From positions 61,630,001 to 61,694,000 of the forward strand of contig NC_045707.1 in assembly GCF_009834535.1 (NCBI RefSeq): 64,000 nucleotides of DNA. The letters run 5' to 3'. The notes beneath the pieces are model-generated. The model worked only from the letters and a program-made list of their open reading frames with translations, was not told the DNA's origin and did not search any database. Positions 38,219 to 50,869 of this stretch are shown in pieces (the first letter of the stretch is position 1; the number at the start of each line of letters is the position of its first letter). Source of the stretch: Camelus ferus. Its lineage: Eukaryota. The position numbers and the translations under genes are program-made.

Positions 38219-40574
38219 TTTTAAACACTTTCCAGCAGTAACAACATGATGTTCATAAAAAAATGGGGAGGAGGGTACTTTAATGTCCATATTAGGGGTT
38301 CACTATAAAAGAGTGTATATATGCCATTATTCCTTATTTATTAGATGAGTTTGAACTTTGATTTTTAATCTATCTTATTCTTCCAAACCTAGGAGCTCTA
38401 GTTTTTAGTTTGTTTTCAATTATTGCTGATTTCCTTCTTGTTAAAAAAACAATTCCTTGATAACTCCACAGTGTTACCTCTGTTAAAGAGTAATGATGAA
38501 ACCTGTAGTCTTCAGTGCTTGGGTACGTAGGAAAAGTAGCATTTGACCATAAAAGTTATTTGGACATTTCAGGACTATCCATGGTTCTAATAATTGCCAC
38601 AAAAGAAAAAAGTTAACATTACAGTCTTTTTTTTTTTTTTTTTTGCGGGGGGGCAGGGGACAGTTGTTATCGGTCACTAATATAAATTGTCTGCTGTCCT
38701 GTTGGTGGCTGTAGTCAAGACAATAAAAGCAATGCAGGGCCAGCCTGTTGACGGAGCAGCTTGTATCTTCCCCACATTTTCTCCTTTGTATATTTTGAAA
38801 GGATCAGGCAAAATAATTCAAAACAAAACCTTCTCAGAGCATCAGAAAGCATGAAAAACATTAAGCCTTTAAACCCAGAAACTTCTCAGTGTATGGAGAC
38901 AAATGTGTAATTAAATCTGGAAGTTACTTCTTTCTGTTTCTCTTTCTTGCTCTTTTAAAACAAAAAACAAAAAGCTGCAACGCAAAAAAAAAAGCCCAAC
39001 TACCAGTGATAATGAGAGTCAGGGAGTAACTGTGCCCAGAACAGAAGGAAAAATGTGTTGCTATGTGAATGGAATTTTAGGGAGAACAATTGTAAAGGGA
39101 AGCTTTCTTACGCTAGGCAGGAAATTATAGCCGAAGCAAGTGAGATGCCACCCTTAAATGGTAGATAATTAAGGCAAAGCTGTTTTCTTTGGAGGTGGAC
39201 GGGCTGCAGGGAGAAAGCCTGTATCAGCCCTGAGTTGTGTATGGGAGTGGCATGTGGGGTCTGCTAAGGAGTGGGTCCAAATGTGGGCTGAAGTCTCCAA
39301 GACAGAGTCTGTTAGGAACGGGGCCATCTTCCAGCTCGACCTTCCCTGCATTACTGTTTTGTTCCCCTTTTAAAATACCCTTTTGTTGTCTAGTGATCTA
39401 AATTTCAGGATAAAATATCATGTTTTGGCTTTTATTCCTACTGTTCTTATTTGGCTATTTTTGAACGTTGCTTTGCTTTTAACAGGCTTTTCCTCTGTTG
39501 GAATACGTATAGTCAGCCAGCTCCCTCAGAATGTTCATTTCATTTGAATCTGAATAAGAAAATGATGTTCTATGAATTGGAAGAATTCCTAACAGGGATT
39601 TTTTAGTAGCTGCTTTTATAGTCTTCTTTTTGAAATCTAATAATATTTCCCTTTGCTTTATTATTGTTACTATTATTTTTATAATGAGCAAGTCCAACAG
39701 TATCACCAGGAAGGAATATTCTTCTGATATTCTCTCTGAGGCAGGGAGTATGAAGTCCCAGTTGAGCCCAGCTGTCCCTCCAGCTCCTTTCAGACAGTCC
39801 TCGTAAGGATGTCAATCCAGATCCTGCAGCCAGGGTCAGAATTCACAGCTCGATGACCTCGAAACAGTAGGGTTGAACTATATTGCGCTCCGTTTTTAAA
39901 GTTATGATCCCCTGACCTTTGGATTCTGCAAAATACATCCAACATTCTTATTTTGCAAGCTGGAATTAGAAGAGTTAATGCTGAAAACTTATCACTCTGC
40001 ATAATCTAAAGCACAGGATTCTTCGACAGGCAAGTCACTCAGTGTATTTGTTCAGCACTGTGCCAGGCACCGCAGGGAGCTCAGGAGAAAATAAATCAGT
40101 TTCTGTTCTCAAGGAACAAGTAATTTTCTTGGTAGTTTAAATAAATGCATTCAAAGCAGGGAGTCCAGGGATGAGTTCAGGTATGCACAATATTGTAATT
40201 ATGTTCATTATTTTTCTGGGGAGGGTATCTGGGGCTCTCATTAGATTCTTATATAATTTTGTTTAGAAAAAAAGGATTAAGAATCACACAAGTAGCGAAA
40301 TAAATAGGTATCAATCTGTGCAATTGTGATTCTAAGTGTATTCTGAATTCGGAGACAAGATATCAGTGGGGCATTAACTAATTTGGAAAAGCACTGTAGC
40401 ATTCCGGGCCCTGAAGAATTTAATATGCAAAGAAGAAACCTAACAGAATTCCAGGTGAGAGCATTGAAAATCATCTATATCTTTAATTTGGAAATCAGAC
40501 ATGGGACAAACTGTTCTTGATGTAGGAGCATAAATAAATACATACATGAATAACTGAAATATATGAAGTTATAT

Positions 40575-40770
40575 GAAACGGGGTTTAGATTTTAGCTTTG
40601 CTGTTTACTATGTGTGTGGTGAGAATCTCTCAGAAGATCAGTTCTCTCATCTGTAAAACTGAATAGTAACACCTACCTAATAGAAGTATCATGGATATTA
40701 AGTGAGATAACATGTGAATGGCTGTGGGCAGGCATCCTGGTTCATATGAGACATTCTGTAAGTATCACTT
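40575..40770 (+). mobile_element. MIR SINE
   Basis: 'tcagttctctcatctgtaaaactgaatagtaacacctacctaatagaagt...attaagtgagataacatgtga'. Confidence 0.8.
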
Positions 40771-42190
40771 CTCTTCCCTTTTGGATTCCGAGTGCAGGGA
40801 CATTTGGTACAGATCACATTGAGTGGGATAGCTGGTCATGAAAGACAGAAGTTGAACACTGACTAGAGGTTTTCGAGACCTTGGGTCGTAGAAGCATGCG
40901 AGGAGCTGACTGGATTCCAAAAGGCAGCAGGAAGGGTGGTGGGCATTTTAGGGAGAGAACAATACAAGCAAATGTCTAGATAAAAGAAATGGTGTAACGT
41001 GCATAACTCTAGGTTCAGAGAGGATCCCAGGTCCTTTGCACACACCTGGAGGAAGGCTTAGTTCCACATATCACTGACATTTTGATCAAATGTTACTTCT
41101 GCAGGTATAATCCCCATCTAAAATATTACCCTCTAACATTTTCTTGTCCTGATTTATTTTCCTTGATAGCACTTGTATTGACAGCAACAGTACATTATAG
41201 AACACAGGCTTAAGAGGGCAAGACTTAGTCTGTTTTGCTCGCTACTATGTCCTTGAATAAATTAATAATGCATGCAAGATATTTAGGAAAAAGAACCCAC
41301 CATATTTGCCGACAGATTGGCTATAGGTTACTAAAAGAGGGAAGAAAACTGTGGCAACTATCCACAATTTTATCTTTAAATTTTGGATTTTTTTGTACAG
41401 TGAGATCCTTTATTAAAATATATCTGTTCATAGCTGGGTTTGAGTCTAACTCCCAATGTCAGAAGAATGTTCATTTTAGTTGAATGCTTTGCATATTATT
41501 TCATCAGATTTGTGAGTCTTTCATTCTGCTTCAAATTAAAAATTTAGTTGAGTGAAGTTCAAATGTGAGTTATATTAAGTTGTCTGATTTTTCTTTTATC
41601 TATGAAATTGAATTTTCATAACCAATATACCTGTGTGGAGGGGTACTTTGGGTAAGGAAAAATAGATTTAAAATAAATAAGCCATAACTAAATTGGATTC
41701 TGTTGATTAAAAAAAAAAATCTCTTTCCTAGAGGAGATTTTAAATGGTTAGACACTCTATGTCTTAGCATCAGCATGGTATTCCTTATGATCCAAGGGAG
41801 GAGAATGGACTAATGATGCCCTGTAATGGACACGAAGAAGACTAAACTCCAGACTCAAAATACAAAGTGAATAAGAGGTTTGTTTCCCCTCTCATTTCTA
41901 TATTGTATTGTGAATTTACAAAAACAGCTTTGTGAGGTTTAGGTGACAGTTTCTCATAAATAGTGGGCAGCCTCATGTCTTCTTAGTCACTCTAAACTCC
42001 ATTGGAAGAGAAGGTGGTTATGACCTTTGGAGCTGGCAGATACAGAGGTTGGGTTGTAGTGTGGGGAAGGTAACAGGCCAGAATTTCTGGCATAGGATGG
42101 GGTGATTCATTTATAACTACGAGCCCCACATGCAGGAATATTTTGGAAGATTATAGTGAAATAAATTCTCTATCTTTCTTTGAAAAATTA

Positions 42191-43001
42191 CAGTAGCCCC
42201 TCCTTATCTACCATTTCAGTTATCTGCATCAACCATGGTCCAAAAATATTAAATGGAAAATTCCAGAAATAAGCAATTCATATGTTTTACATTATGCACC
42301 ATTCTGAATAGCTTGATGAAATCTCATGCTGTCCTGCTCTGATCCCTCCCAGGATGTGAATCATCCCTTTGCCCAGCATATCCCACCTGTTAGTCACCCA
42401 GTAGACATCTTGGTTATCAGATCGACTGTGGCCGTATTGCAATGCTTGTGTTCAAGTCACCCTAATTTTACTGAATAGCGGCCCCAAAGTGCAAAAGTGG
42501 TGATACTGGCAATTCAGATATGCCAAAGAGAAGGCATACGATGCTTTCTTTAACTGAAAAGGTGAAAGTTCTTGACCTAATAAGGAAAGAAAAAAATTGT
42601 ATGCTGAGATCTACAGTAAGAACAAATCTTCCACCCATGACATTGTGAAGAAATTTGGACTAGTTTTGATGTTGGACCTCAAACTGCAAAAGTTAGGGCC
42701 ACAGTGTGTGATAAGAGCTTAGTCAACAGTGAAAAAGGCATTAAATTTGTACAATAAGATATTTAGAGAGAGAGACCACATTCACATAACTTGTATGCAG
42801 TTTATTGTTATAATTGTTCTATTTTATTATTAGTTATTGTTGTTAACTCTCTTATTGTGCCTAATTTATAAATTAAACTTTATCATAGATATGTGTGTAT
42901 AGGAAAAAAAACCTAGCGTATATAGGATATGGTACTATCTTCAGTCTCAGGCATCTACTGGGGTCTTGGATTATATGCCCCACAGACCAGGGGGACTATT
43001 G
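42191..43001 (+). mobile_element. Tigger7/MER44-family TcMar DNA transposon, internal-deletion derivative
   Basis: TIRs cagtagcccctccttatc ... ggggactattg, with TA TSDs at 42189-90 and 42002-style position 43002-03. Retains the transposase start (APKCKSGDTGNSDMPKRRHTMLSLTEKVKVLDLIRKEK, about 42481-42594). Confidence 0.9.
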
Positions 43002-43029
43002 TACCAGGGAATTAGTGGTTTTAGTGTTT

Positions 43030-45530
43030 GGATGGTCAGAGGCTGCATGTCCAAATGACTAATACATTTGGATCAAGATTGGGAATTCAACATTTAAGAG
43101 ATAATGCTGAGATCTTTTCTCATGAAAACTAAGTACATCCGCCTTACTGGTCCAAATCCCTTGGACCTTGAGAATTGTGATTAATGTCAGTAAATTAATT
43201 TTAAACCATTTAAATTTGTCAAATAGTGGGCACCATCATTTGTATATATTCACTTTGAACACTCCAGATGTTCAGATCTTGGTTTTTTATGTAATTATAA
43301 GCATCGTTTTCTATCATATAGCCTGCTTCTGACTTTTGGTGTCTTCTAAAGTGCAGTTGCTTGCTTATTGCTTATCTTTTGAGATAAATAGTAAATTGAG
43401 TACAGGTTTTCTAGTTACACTAAATTGATTCTGCTTTGTGTAGATTTGAGAATTTTCTATGGCATTTCGGTTTCCTATCATTTGAATATCAATGCAGTGC
43501 TGATTGTTAAAGAAAGTATTAGTTCTTTTCATTTTACATATTTTTAAAAATTTTAGTACGGTTGTTCCTCAGTATTGTTCCAGGACTCCTGTCCGTGGAT
43601 ACTAAAATCTGCAGATACTCAAGTCCCTTATATAAAATGGGGTAGTATTTGCATATGACCTATGCACATCTTCCTCTATACTTCAATGCTAGATTACTTA
43701 TAAGACCTAATGCTATGTAAATGGCTGTAAATACAATGTAAATGATATGTAAATAGTTGTAAATATGATTCAAATACTACTGTAAATAGCTACCGGCTTG
43801 TGGCAAATTCAAGTTTTCGCTTTTTGGAACTTTCAGGAATTTAATTTTTTTAATATTTCTGATCCACAGTTGTTTGAATCCACAGGTGCAGAACCCATGG
43901 CTACGGACAGCCAACTTTATTTATCTGTATTAATTGCATCTTTTTATTTTCCTGGTTTATTCATTCATTTATTTTTTTTATCTTCCAGTTTCTTAAGATG
44001 AGCACTGTTGCTTTTTTCAGTTCCTAATTATTAATAATGATGCTACTCAAGTCTGAAAGATTTCCTCTGAGAGATCTTTAGCTACTTCTAAAAGAAATCT
44101 TTTCATTTTTAAAATACATTTTAGAAATTTAGCTTTGTTTATTTCTTTGACCTAGGGTTTAAGAAAAGCATTCAGAAAATACCATTGTAGTAAGCGTTTC
44201 AGTTGCCTTTTTATCATATCTAAGTTTTTTTGGCTGATTCCTATCATTTGAATATCAAGGCAATGCTGATTGTCAAGACTGGACTGGCTATTTGTATATT
44301 CTGGGCATTTGTTAGCAGTATCGCCCACATTTTCAAGTTTTTCGTTTTTGGCTTGGTGACTTTTATCAGTATTCATTCTTTGTATGTTTACAATTAATTT
44401 ATTTCCAAGTTTATTGGTTGATTGATTAAAAATAAACATGAATATATTATCTACTTTGTGGCCTTTTATTTGAAGAATGAGTACATATTTTTCTTAATCA
44501 CCTGGGTGCAGCTATAGGAAAATTACTCTAAGTTTATTGATTTTATCATTTCTAAGTTTATTAGTTGATTTCTTCTTTTTAAAATACATTGAAGGTTTTT
44601 AATTCCCAAGTACATGATGCATTCTTATAAATATCCCTTAGTCATGAGACATTAATAGAATATCAACATTTATAATATAAAAAATAATTAGATAGATACA
44701 CAGATGGATAGAAAATATAAATAGACATAATTGAGCTTTTTAGTTGTATTTTTTCAGACCTCTCATTCCTTAACAAAATGGTTTTGCTCTGTGTTCTGTC
44801 CTATTCAGAAAGATGGAAATTAGCATCTCATATGTAATTGTACATTTATCAAGGTCAACTTGTACTTTGAGTAAGTTTGAGTTTTTATATTTAACTGCAA
44901 AGTTTATAGAAGAACTTTGTGAATTCTTTAATGATTACATCATGTGCCCTTTGTCCTGTTTGTTGCTTTGACTTTAAATTCTACTGATACTGCTACTTCT
45001 GCTTTGCTTCTGTTTTCATGTGTCTAGTAGCTGATCATCATTTCATTTTTAACCTGTTTTAATGGTGCTATTAAAAAAAATAGAGTGAGGTTTTGTTTTG
45101 GTGTTTTTTTTTTTTTTTTACATGCCCCTCTTCTGTAATAAGGGAAATCAGCCAAGTCAGGCACATCCAGCGTAACTAGTGACAGCTTCATTGTATGATT
45201 TTTAATTCTGCTTTCTTAATTTTTCTAGTTATTTTCCATTCTTATGTCTTCTCATAAACTAGTACGGTATTATTTTCTGTCTCAACTGATACATTTAGAG
45301 TTTTTAATACACCTTTCAATTCTTCTGGTGTTTACATTCCCATTCTAATCATTTGGTTTTTATTTATCTTATAATTAATTATCTTTAAAAAGAAACACGT
45401 ATAATGTTCCTCTGTCTACAAAGGAAGGTAACTTTTCAGAATGCATATATTCCCCACCTTTCCCTAACTCACTTCTAGTCTCTAGATTTTGAGGCAATAG
45501 CTTAGTATTCTTAATTCTGGACTTGTTAAG
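43030..45530 (-). mobile_element. Heavily decayed L1 ORF2 fragments (antisense) hosting MER2
   Basis: T-rich antisense L1 text such as 'tactgctacttctgctttgcttctgttttcatgtgtctag...tttcatttttaacctgttt'. Confidence 0.45.
43559..43917. mobile_element. MER2-type Tigger MITE
   Basis: TA-flanked 'cggttgttcctcagtat...gatactaaaatctgcagatactcaagtcccttatataaaatgg...gcagaacccatggctacggacagccaactt'. Confidence 0.88.
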
Positions 45531-45574
45531 CTTTCTCTTCTAATGTGTCACTAGCTTTTAAGATTCATTGCTTG

Positions 45575-45754
45575 GAGAAGGAAGATAATAGGTCCGTGGT
45601 AGAGTGCATGCCTAGCATGTACAAGGTCCTGGGTTCAATCCTCAGTACTTCCATTTAAATAAATAAATAAGTAAATAAATACATCTAATTACCTACCCCC
45701 AACCAAAAAAAAAAAAAGAAAGAAAGAAAGAAATAGTGGAAATATTAAAAAAAA
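45575..45754 (+). mobile_element. tRNA-derived SINE, camelid type (Vic-1-like)
   Basis: 'gtggtagagtgcatgcctagcatgtacaaggtcctgggttcaatcctcagtacttcc' (B box GGTTCAATCC), A-rich tail, and a 15-bp TSD aagattcattgcttg at 45560-45574 and 45755-45769 at a TTTT/AA site. Confidence 0.92.
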
Positions 45755-45889
45755 AAGATTCATTGCTTGATGACAATGTCAAATTTTGATGACTTTCAGT
45801 GATGTCAATAGATATGAATAGAACATATATTTGTTAAAATACAATCAATTAATATATTTATCTTGGTATACTCTCTAGAGAAACTATTG

Positions 45890-46370
45890 CATTCGGAACT
45901 ATGAATAAAATTTTCTATCGATACCATTTATAACTAATAACCACCAGGATTCTCAAACAAAAAAAAAAACAGACAAACTGTGCAGTGGATTCATGCAATG
46001 CATTATATCCTGCAGTGAAAGCAGATCATCTACAGAAAAACATTCATGAGTTTAAGATTCATATTATTGCATAAAAAGTAAGTTCCATAAAATTGCATAA
46101 TCTAACACCAGTTTTAATAAATCTCAAAAACAAGAAGAGCAAAGAATATATTAAATAGAAATATACATATGAATTTTAGAAACATAAATTTAGAAAAAGC
46201 AAGAAAATGTTGGTGGCCACTGCTGGTACAGTAAGACAGAGGCATTGTAGCTTAGATTCAAGGTGTTGGTACAGTCAGGTGGTTGTTTCATGGGTATTTA
46301 TTTTCTTACTGTTCTTTATAACTTTTAAGTATGTAACATATTTCATAGGTAAAATATTACATTGAAATAG
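45890..46370 (+). mobile_element. L1ME-like 3'UTR fragment
   Basis: 'acagacaaactgtgcagtggattcatgcaatgcattatatcctgcagtgaaa' and 'ggtggttgtttcatgggtatttattttcttactgttcttta'. Confidence 0.65.
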
Positions 46371-46379
46371 TTCCCTGTA

Positions 46380-47300
46380 GGTTCATCTATGTGCTTTACA
46401 AAGCTCATGCCTCACCACTCTTTCCTCTCTTCACTTTTTCCTGTCCCAAAGTCTCCAGTCTTGCTCATTTGATACGTGGTAACTTCTCATATTTTCCTCA
46501 AATGGAAATACATGGGTGACATAATCTCAGAATCTCTGCATTTCCGGAAATATACTTCTGTTCTTTTCGCAGGTGATGGGAGTCTCACTGGGTACGGGTT
46601 ACTCAATAGTCTGTGAATATTAGCTTCTCTCATCTTTGGGGATTTCAGATAAGTTCGAAAGCTACTCTCTGATTCTTTTTATCGTAAAAGTTACTTACTT
46701 TGTACGGAAGCTTAAAAGAATTGACCTCATTTTAGGAATTCAGAATACTTCACCAGAATACGTATAAAAATATATTATTTTTTTTCCATTAGTCCTTTCC
46801 GAGATGTGGTGAATCTTTTCAATCTGCAGCTCAAATGTTTCTTCAGTTCAGAAAACGTTTTGTCTATTGTTGGCTTGATTATTCTCTCTCCTCCATCTGT
46901 TCCTTTTCCTTCATCTGAAATTATTATTTGCATATCAAATCTCCTGTATTTTTCCTTCAGACTCAACTTTTCTCCCATGACTTTTTATATTCTTGTTTCT
47001 TTTTCTGTATGTTTTGAGACATTCCTGTTCATTGATCTTTGCCAGTTCCTAAACGTTGTCATCTTCTCTTTCATTTTCTCTGCTGATTTTTTTTAAAGAT
47101 TATTTTTTAAGACCTAAGGGAACTCTTTATATGGTTTTATTGCTTTTTATTAGTTTCAGGTCATCATCAGACTCTTCTTAGTGAACAGTGTAAAATAAAA
47201 CCCTGCAGTTTGAGATCATCCGCTTGGAAGTCCTCCCGTAGGTTTCTGGGTTCCATTGCCTGTTGGCAGCTATCAGATCAGGTTATTAGGGTCCTGTAAG
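46380..47300 (-). mobile_element. L1/HAL1 ORF1-region remnant (antisense)
   Basis: Track ORF 46775-46978 'IIKPTIDKTFSELKKHLSCRLKR' resembles L1 ORF1 'I..ENFPELKKD.S.QIERA'. Confidence 0.55.
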
Positions 47301-47774
47301 TGCTGGCCAACCAGGATAGGGAATAAGCTCAATAGATTTTTGTTCCTTTGAGCCTGTGGTGAATAGACAGGGGACTTAAAATCTGATGAGTCACCATGAA
47401 AGAGCTTCCTGATGCTCCCAGATCTGCTGCAGTACAATGCAAGCCTTAATACCCACTTAGCTTCAAAGACGGCTAACAATGTGGGTCCAATGATGGCCCC
47501 CCTATGGGTTCTCAGACCCCACACAAATAACTTCACAGATCTTCAAGGATGACGTTATCTCTAGGTGCATCAAGGTTCAAATGATCACCCCAAACCGCTG
47601 GTTTATGGACTCCCATCAAAACCCAGAGGACAGTGAACAGACTGTCTTCAGTGGCTGCTGTCTTGAACCACAGCACAAGAGGGAGTAATGGTGTGAATAT
47701 TAAGGTTTAAGTTCAGGAGTTACTGTCTCTCCAGGATCTACCAGGTCTTTCTGTAAGACTTAACAGTTTTACAT

Positions 47775-47990
47775 AAAAGATAATATCATCTATCTTGGAT
47801 TTACTATGTGTCAAGCGTCATCCACTTTTAAATCATCACATCAGCCTCTCTAGATGTGTAATAATTGCCCCACTTTAAGTGAGGAAACTGAGGCTTAGAT
47901 AACCAAGTAAACTGCTCATAGTTGCATGAATAAGTGGCTAAGATTTTGACTCCAATGTCTGGACTCTAATCTTTGCACACTTTCCAATAG
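47775..47990 (-). mobile_element. MIR SINE
   Basis: 'ccccactttaagtgaggaaactgaggcttagataaccaagtaaactgctcata'. Confidence 0.8.
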
Positions 47991-48954
47991 ATAAACACTC
48001 TTGTTGTTTGAATTATCCTGAACTTGATTGCAGAAAAACTGTGAAAATTTCTGTAATATCCTCTCCTTTTCTTCCAGCACATAGGTGAAAATATTACTTT
48101 GGGTTGGTATTTCCTGTAAAGTTAATGGCTGTGTCTGACAGTTTGAATTTCAGTTGAACTACTTGGAAAAAATGCTTAAGTATCCACAACCAAAAAAACT
48201 ATCTCAGCCTCGAAACTTCCATATTGGATTCATGAAAACACCATTTCTTATTTAGTTTAGAGTGGAATTAAGCAAAGAATCCATTTACAAGAAGCTGTGA
48301 GGGCTTGGGTGGGGGGCAAGTTGTAATTGCTGGGTTTATGAAATTTAGCAGCTGTTTTGGAATGGAAAAGGGCAGTTAAAGGCTTAGTCAGGGTAAACAG
48401 TAGTTCCACTTTCAAATTTATTTATTTTTTTAAACTGCTTTTAAGGTGAATGGTTAAGCCACAATATTATATACATTGTTCTAGAAGCTATGGAAAGGTA
48501 AAAGGAAGAAGATGGCAGGGTCTCCTTTTCTTGCCCCTAAAAAGTCTTCAGTTCAATTGACATAGAAAAGATAGAATTAACAGAAATACACAAATATTAG
48601 TAAGTATTTTATTAGCTATAGCCAGAACCAAATATAAGTTATTGTTCTTTCCTCCTCTAATTTTTAATTAAATTTTTTTTTCTCAAACCTACTGTCATAC
48701 GATAATATAAGGAACTAAGCAGTTGGGGAGATGAGATGTCTAACGAATGGACACAGATGGTTCCGAACCTATTAAAAGCTATGAAATAGGAGGGAGAGAT
48801 GTATCATCACGGTGAGGTTGGGAAGGGCTAGCCCAGCTCATCATCACTGCGGCAGATACTCTCATTTGGTATCGTTCCCGACCCCTTCCTCAATGCTGTT
48901 TATTTGTATTATCGTAAGTTACGGCATAATAACTCATTAAATTAAATATATATA

Positions 48955-49030
48955 TATATTTTCCTATTTGATAGATGTGGAAACTACAGATCAGAGAGGT
49001 TAAGCAACTTGCTCAAGGTCACTTTAGTCT
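48955..49030 (-). mobile_element. MIR core fragment
   Basis: 'agatgtggaaactacagatcagagaggttaagcaacttgctcaaggtcac'. Confidence 0.8.
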
Positions 49031-50182
49031 ATTCCATATCTGCTTTTTAAAGCACTACTCATTCTGAGTCAAAATCAAGGCTGTTAATTAATTTTTCTTG
49101 GACATATTCAGTTAGCTTCGGAGAGGTCATTTTCTAAAAAGATTGGTGGGAAATAACCCAAAATGTTGTACCAAATATCTGCTCAGTATTTATTGATTGA
49201 CTTATTCAGCAAACATTCTTTCTTACTATCGATTGAAGTACTGTGTCAGCTCCCAGAGTTCAAAGGCCTAAGGACGGATCTGATGACTTTTATTTTCTCT
49301 GCAGTTGTCTTCTTTCTCTTCCCTCTGTTTTGTTGTTATTCTTTTTCATCTTTTGTGATGTGAATACAGAATTTGAAAGCAAATTAGGCTTATATGCAGG
49401 ATTCTGCTTTCTACTTTCAGAAAATAAGAGTGTCTGGAGAGCTCACTGTTTTAATATGCATCAGGTAAAAATAATTCTTTTGCAGCCTTTCCTGAATATT
49501 TTAGAAAAGGTAAAAATCAGTGACTTAGACCTTATTTTTCTTTTTTCACTCTTACAGCTTACTCTAAAATTTATATTTTTTATGGTTATTATCACATTCC
49601 TTTTACTCTTCTGATTTCTTGAAAGATATTTGCAAGAAACATATTCAAATGAGGATGCATTTCATGTTTCCCCCCTGCTCTTCACTTGGAACCATAGATC
49701 TAGCAAAGATTTGAGAAGATTGAATGGCCACGTCATCAACAGAAGATTAGTCTTAGAGAAATCTTTTTTTTTCTGACAGAAGTTGGTAAAATAGACTAAA
49801 CATTTCAGGCAATACATAGAAGATGGAAAATATTATTTGACTTCTATGTGTATTTGATTATATAATTAACTTTATAACAAAAGCTTTTTATAATGAACAA
49901 TTATTCCTACTCTTTCAACTCTATTCATATCCCTCTGTTTTATTATCTTTTTTTTTATCTTCTTAGTATGCGAGAAAAGAAGAATTTAAATTTGCTGACG
50001 GAAAATCAACTTGATTCTAAAAACTACTATTCGTTGGAATATATGTATCAGTGCTTGACTAATGTCGGCTTTCCCTAAACATTAACATGTGGGGAATTAA
50101 AAACATATTCTTGAAATTGAATATATACACTGTTTTATTGCTGGTATCAGCTCCCTCCATAGTAATGTTAGGATAGTGTCTA

Positions 50183-50748
50183 TGTTGCGGAAAAATGTGT
50201 TACAGCTCAGCGTTATAGCTCAGGGTTACAGCTCAGTTGTGACAGCAACCTGGATCTGAGTGAGAGACCAAGCAGCACTTGGAGAGTTGGAGAACTCAGG
50301 TTTATTACGCCAGCAGGCCCAGAGGAGTTAACACTCCAAACTCTGGACCCCTCTGGTCTATAGGTTTACACCGGCTTTTCTAGGCTATCAGTTTACACTT
50401 TGCAACATCATTTGCAAATGAAGTATAACAAAAGTTGACTAATTAGGAACAAGCTTTGTAGAAATGGACCAATCAGGAGGGAGAGAAATAACCAATCAGG
50501 AGTGAGTTCCTTGCAAATGAAGTACTACAAATGGACCAATCAGAAGTTAGGGAAGTGAACCAATCAGGAGTGAAGGAAATAACCAGTCAAGAGTGAGCTC
50601 AGGGAACCAATAGAATTTTAGGGGTAAGCCATTTCGGAGGCAATAAGTGAGATAAAGCCTCTGGGCCAGGGAACCGGATGGTGCTGGCAGGAGAGTAGTG
50701 GCCCTTCCTGGGGGTCCTGCCAGTCTTTTTATGGGACTTCCCGCCTCA
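50183..50748 (-). mobile_element. ERV1-class solo LTR, 566 bp, intact ends
   Basis: TG...CA termini with a perfect 4-bp TSD TCTA (50179-82 and 50749-52). AATAAA on the minus strand at 50301-06, a CCAAT array in U3, and short 'gttacagctcag' repeats in U5. Confidence 0.92.
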
Positions 50749-50869
50749 TCTAAACTATAGGAGGTTTAAGTATAGTTAATGGATCCAGCCCTGTGCCTGC
50801 TGCATAGTTGATGCTCAGTCAATATTAGTGGTGGTTGGGTTGTATTTTATTCACTTCATATTTCATTAA

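Noticed and set aside
45590..45655. tRNA-like sequence with A/B boxes
   Set aside because: It is a SINE head with an A-tail and TSD; no complete cloverleaf.
49421..49464. 44-nt AG...GT pseudo-exon (also 37 nt at 61051-61087)
   Set aside because: Not frame-preserving, moderate splice sites and unrecognisable peptides; such pairs are common by chance in T-rich introns.
50197..50247. Short regularly spaced repeats (gttacagctcag), superficially CRISPR-like
   Set aside because: These are about 13-bp tandem units with no spacers, inside an LTR in a mammalian genome.
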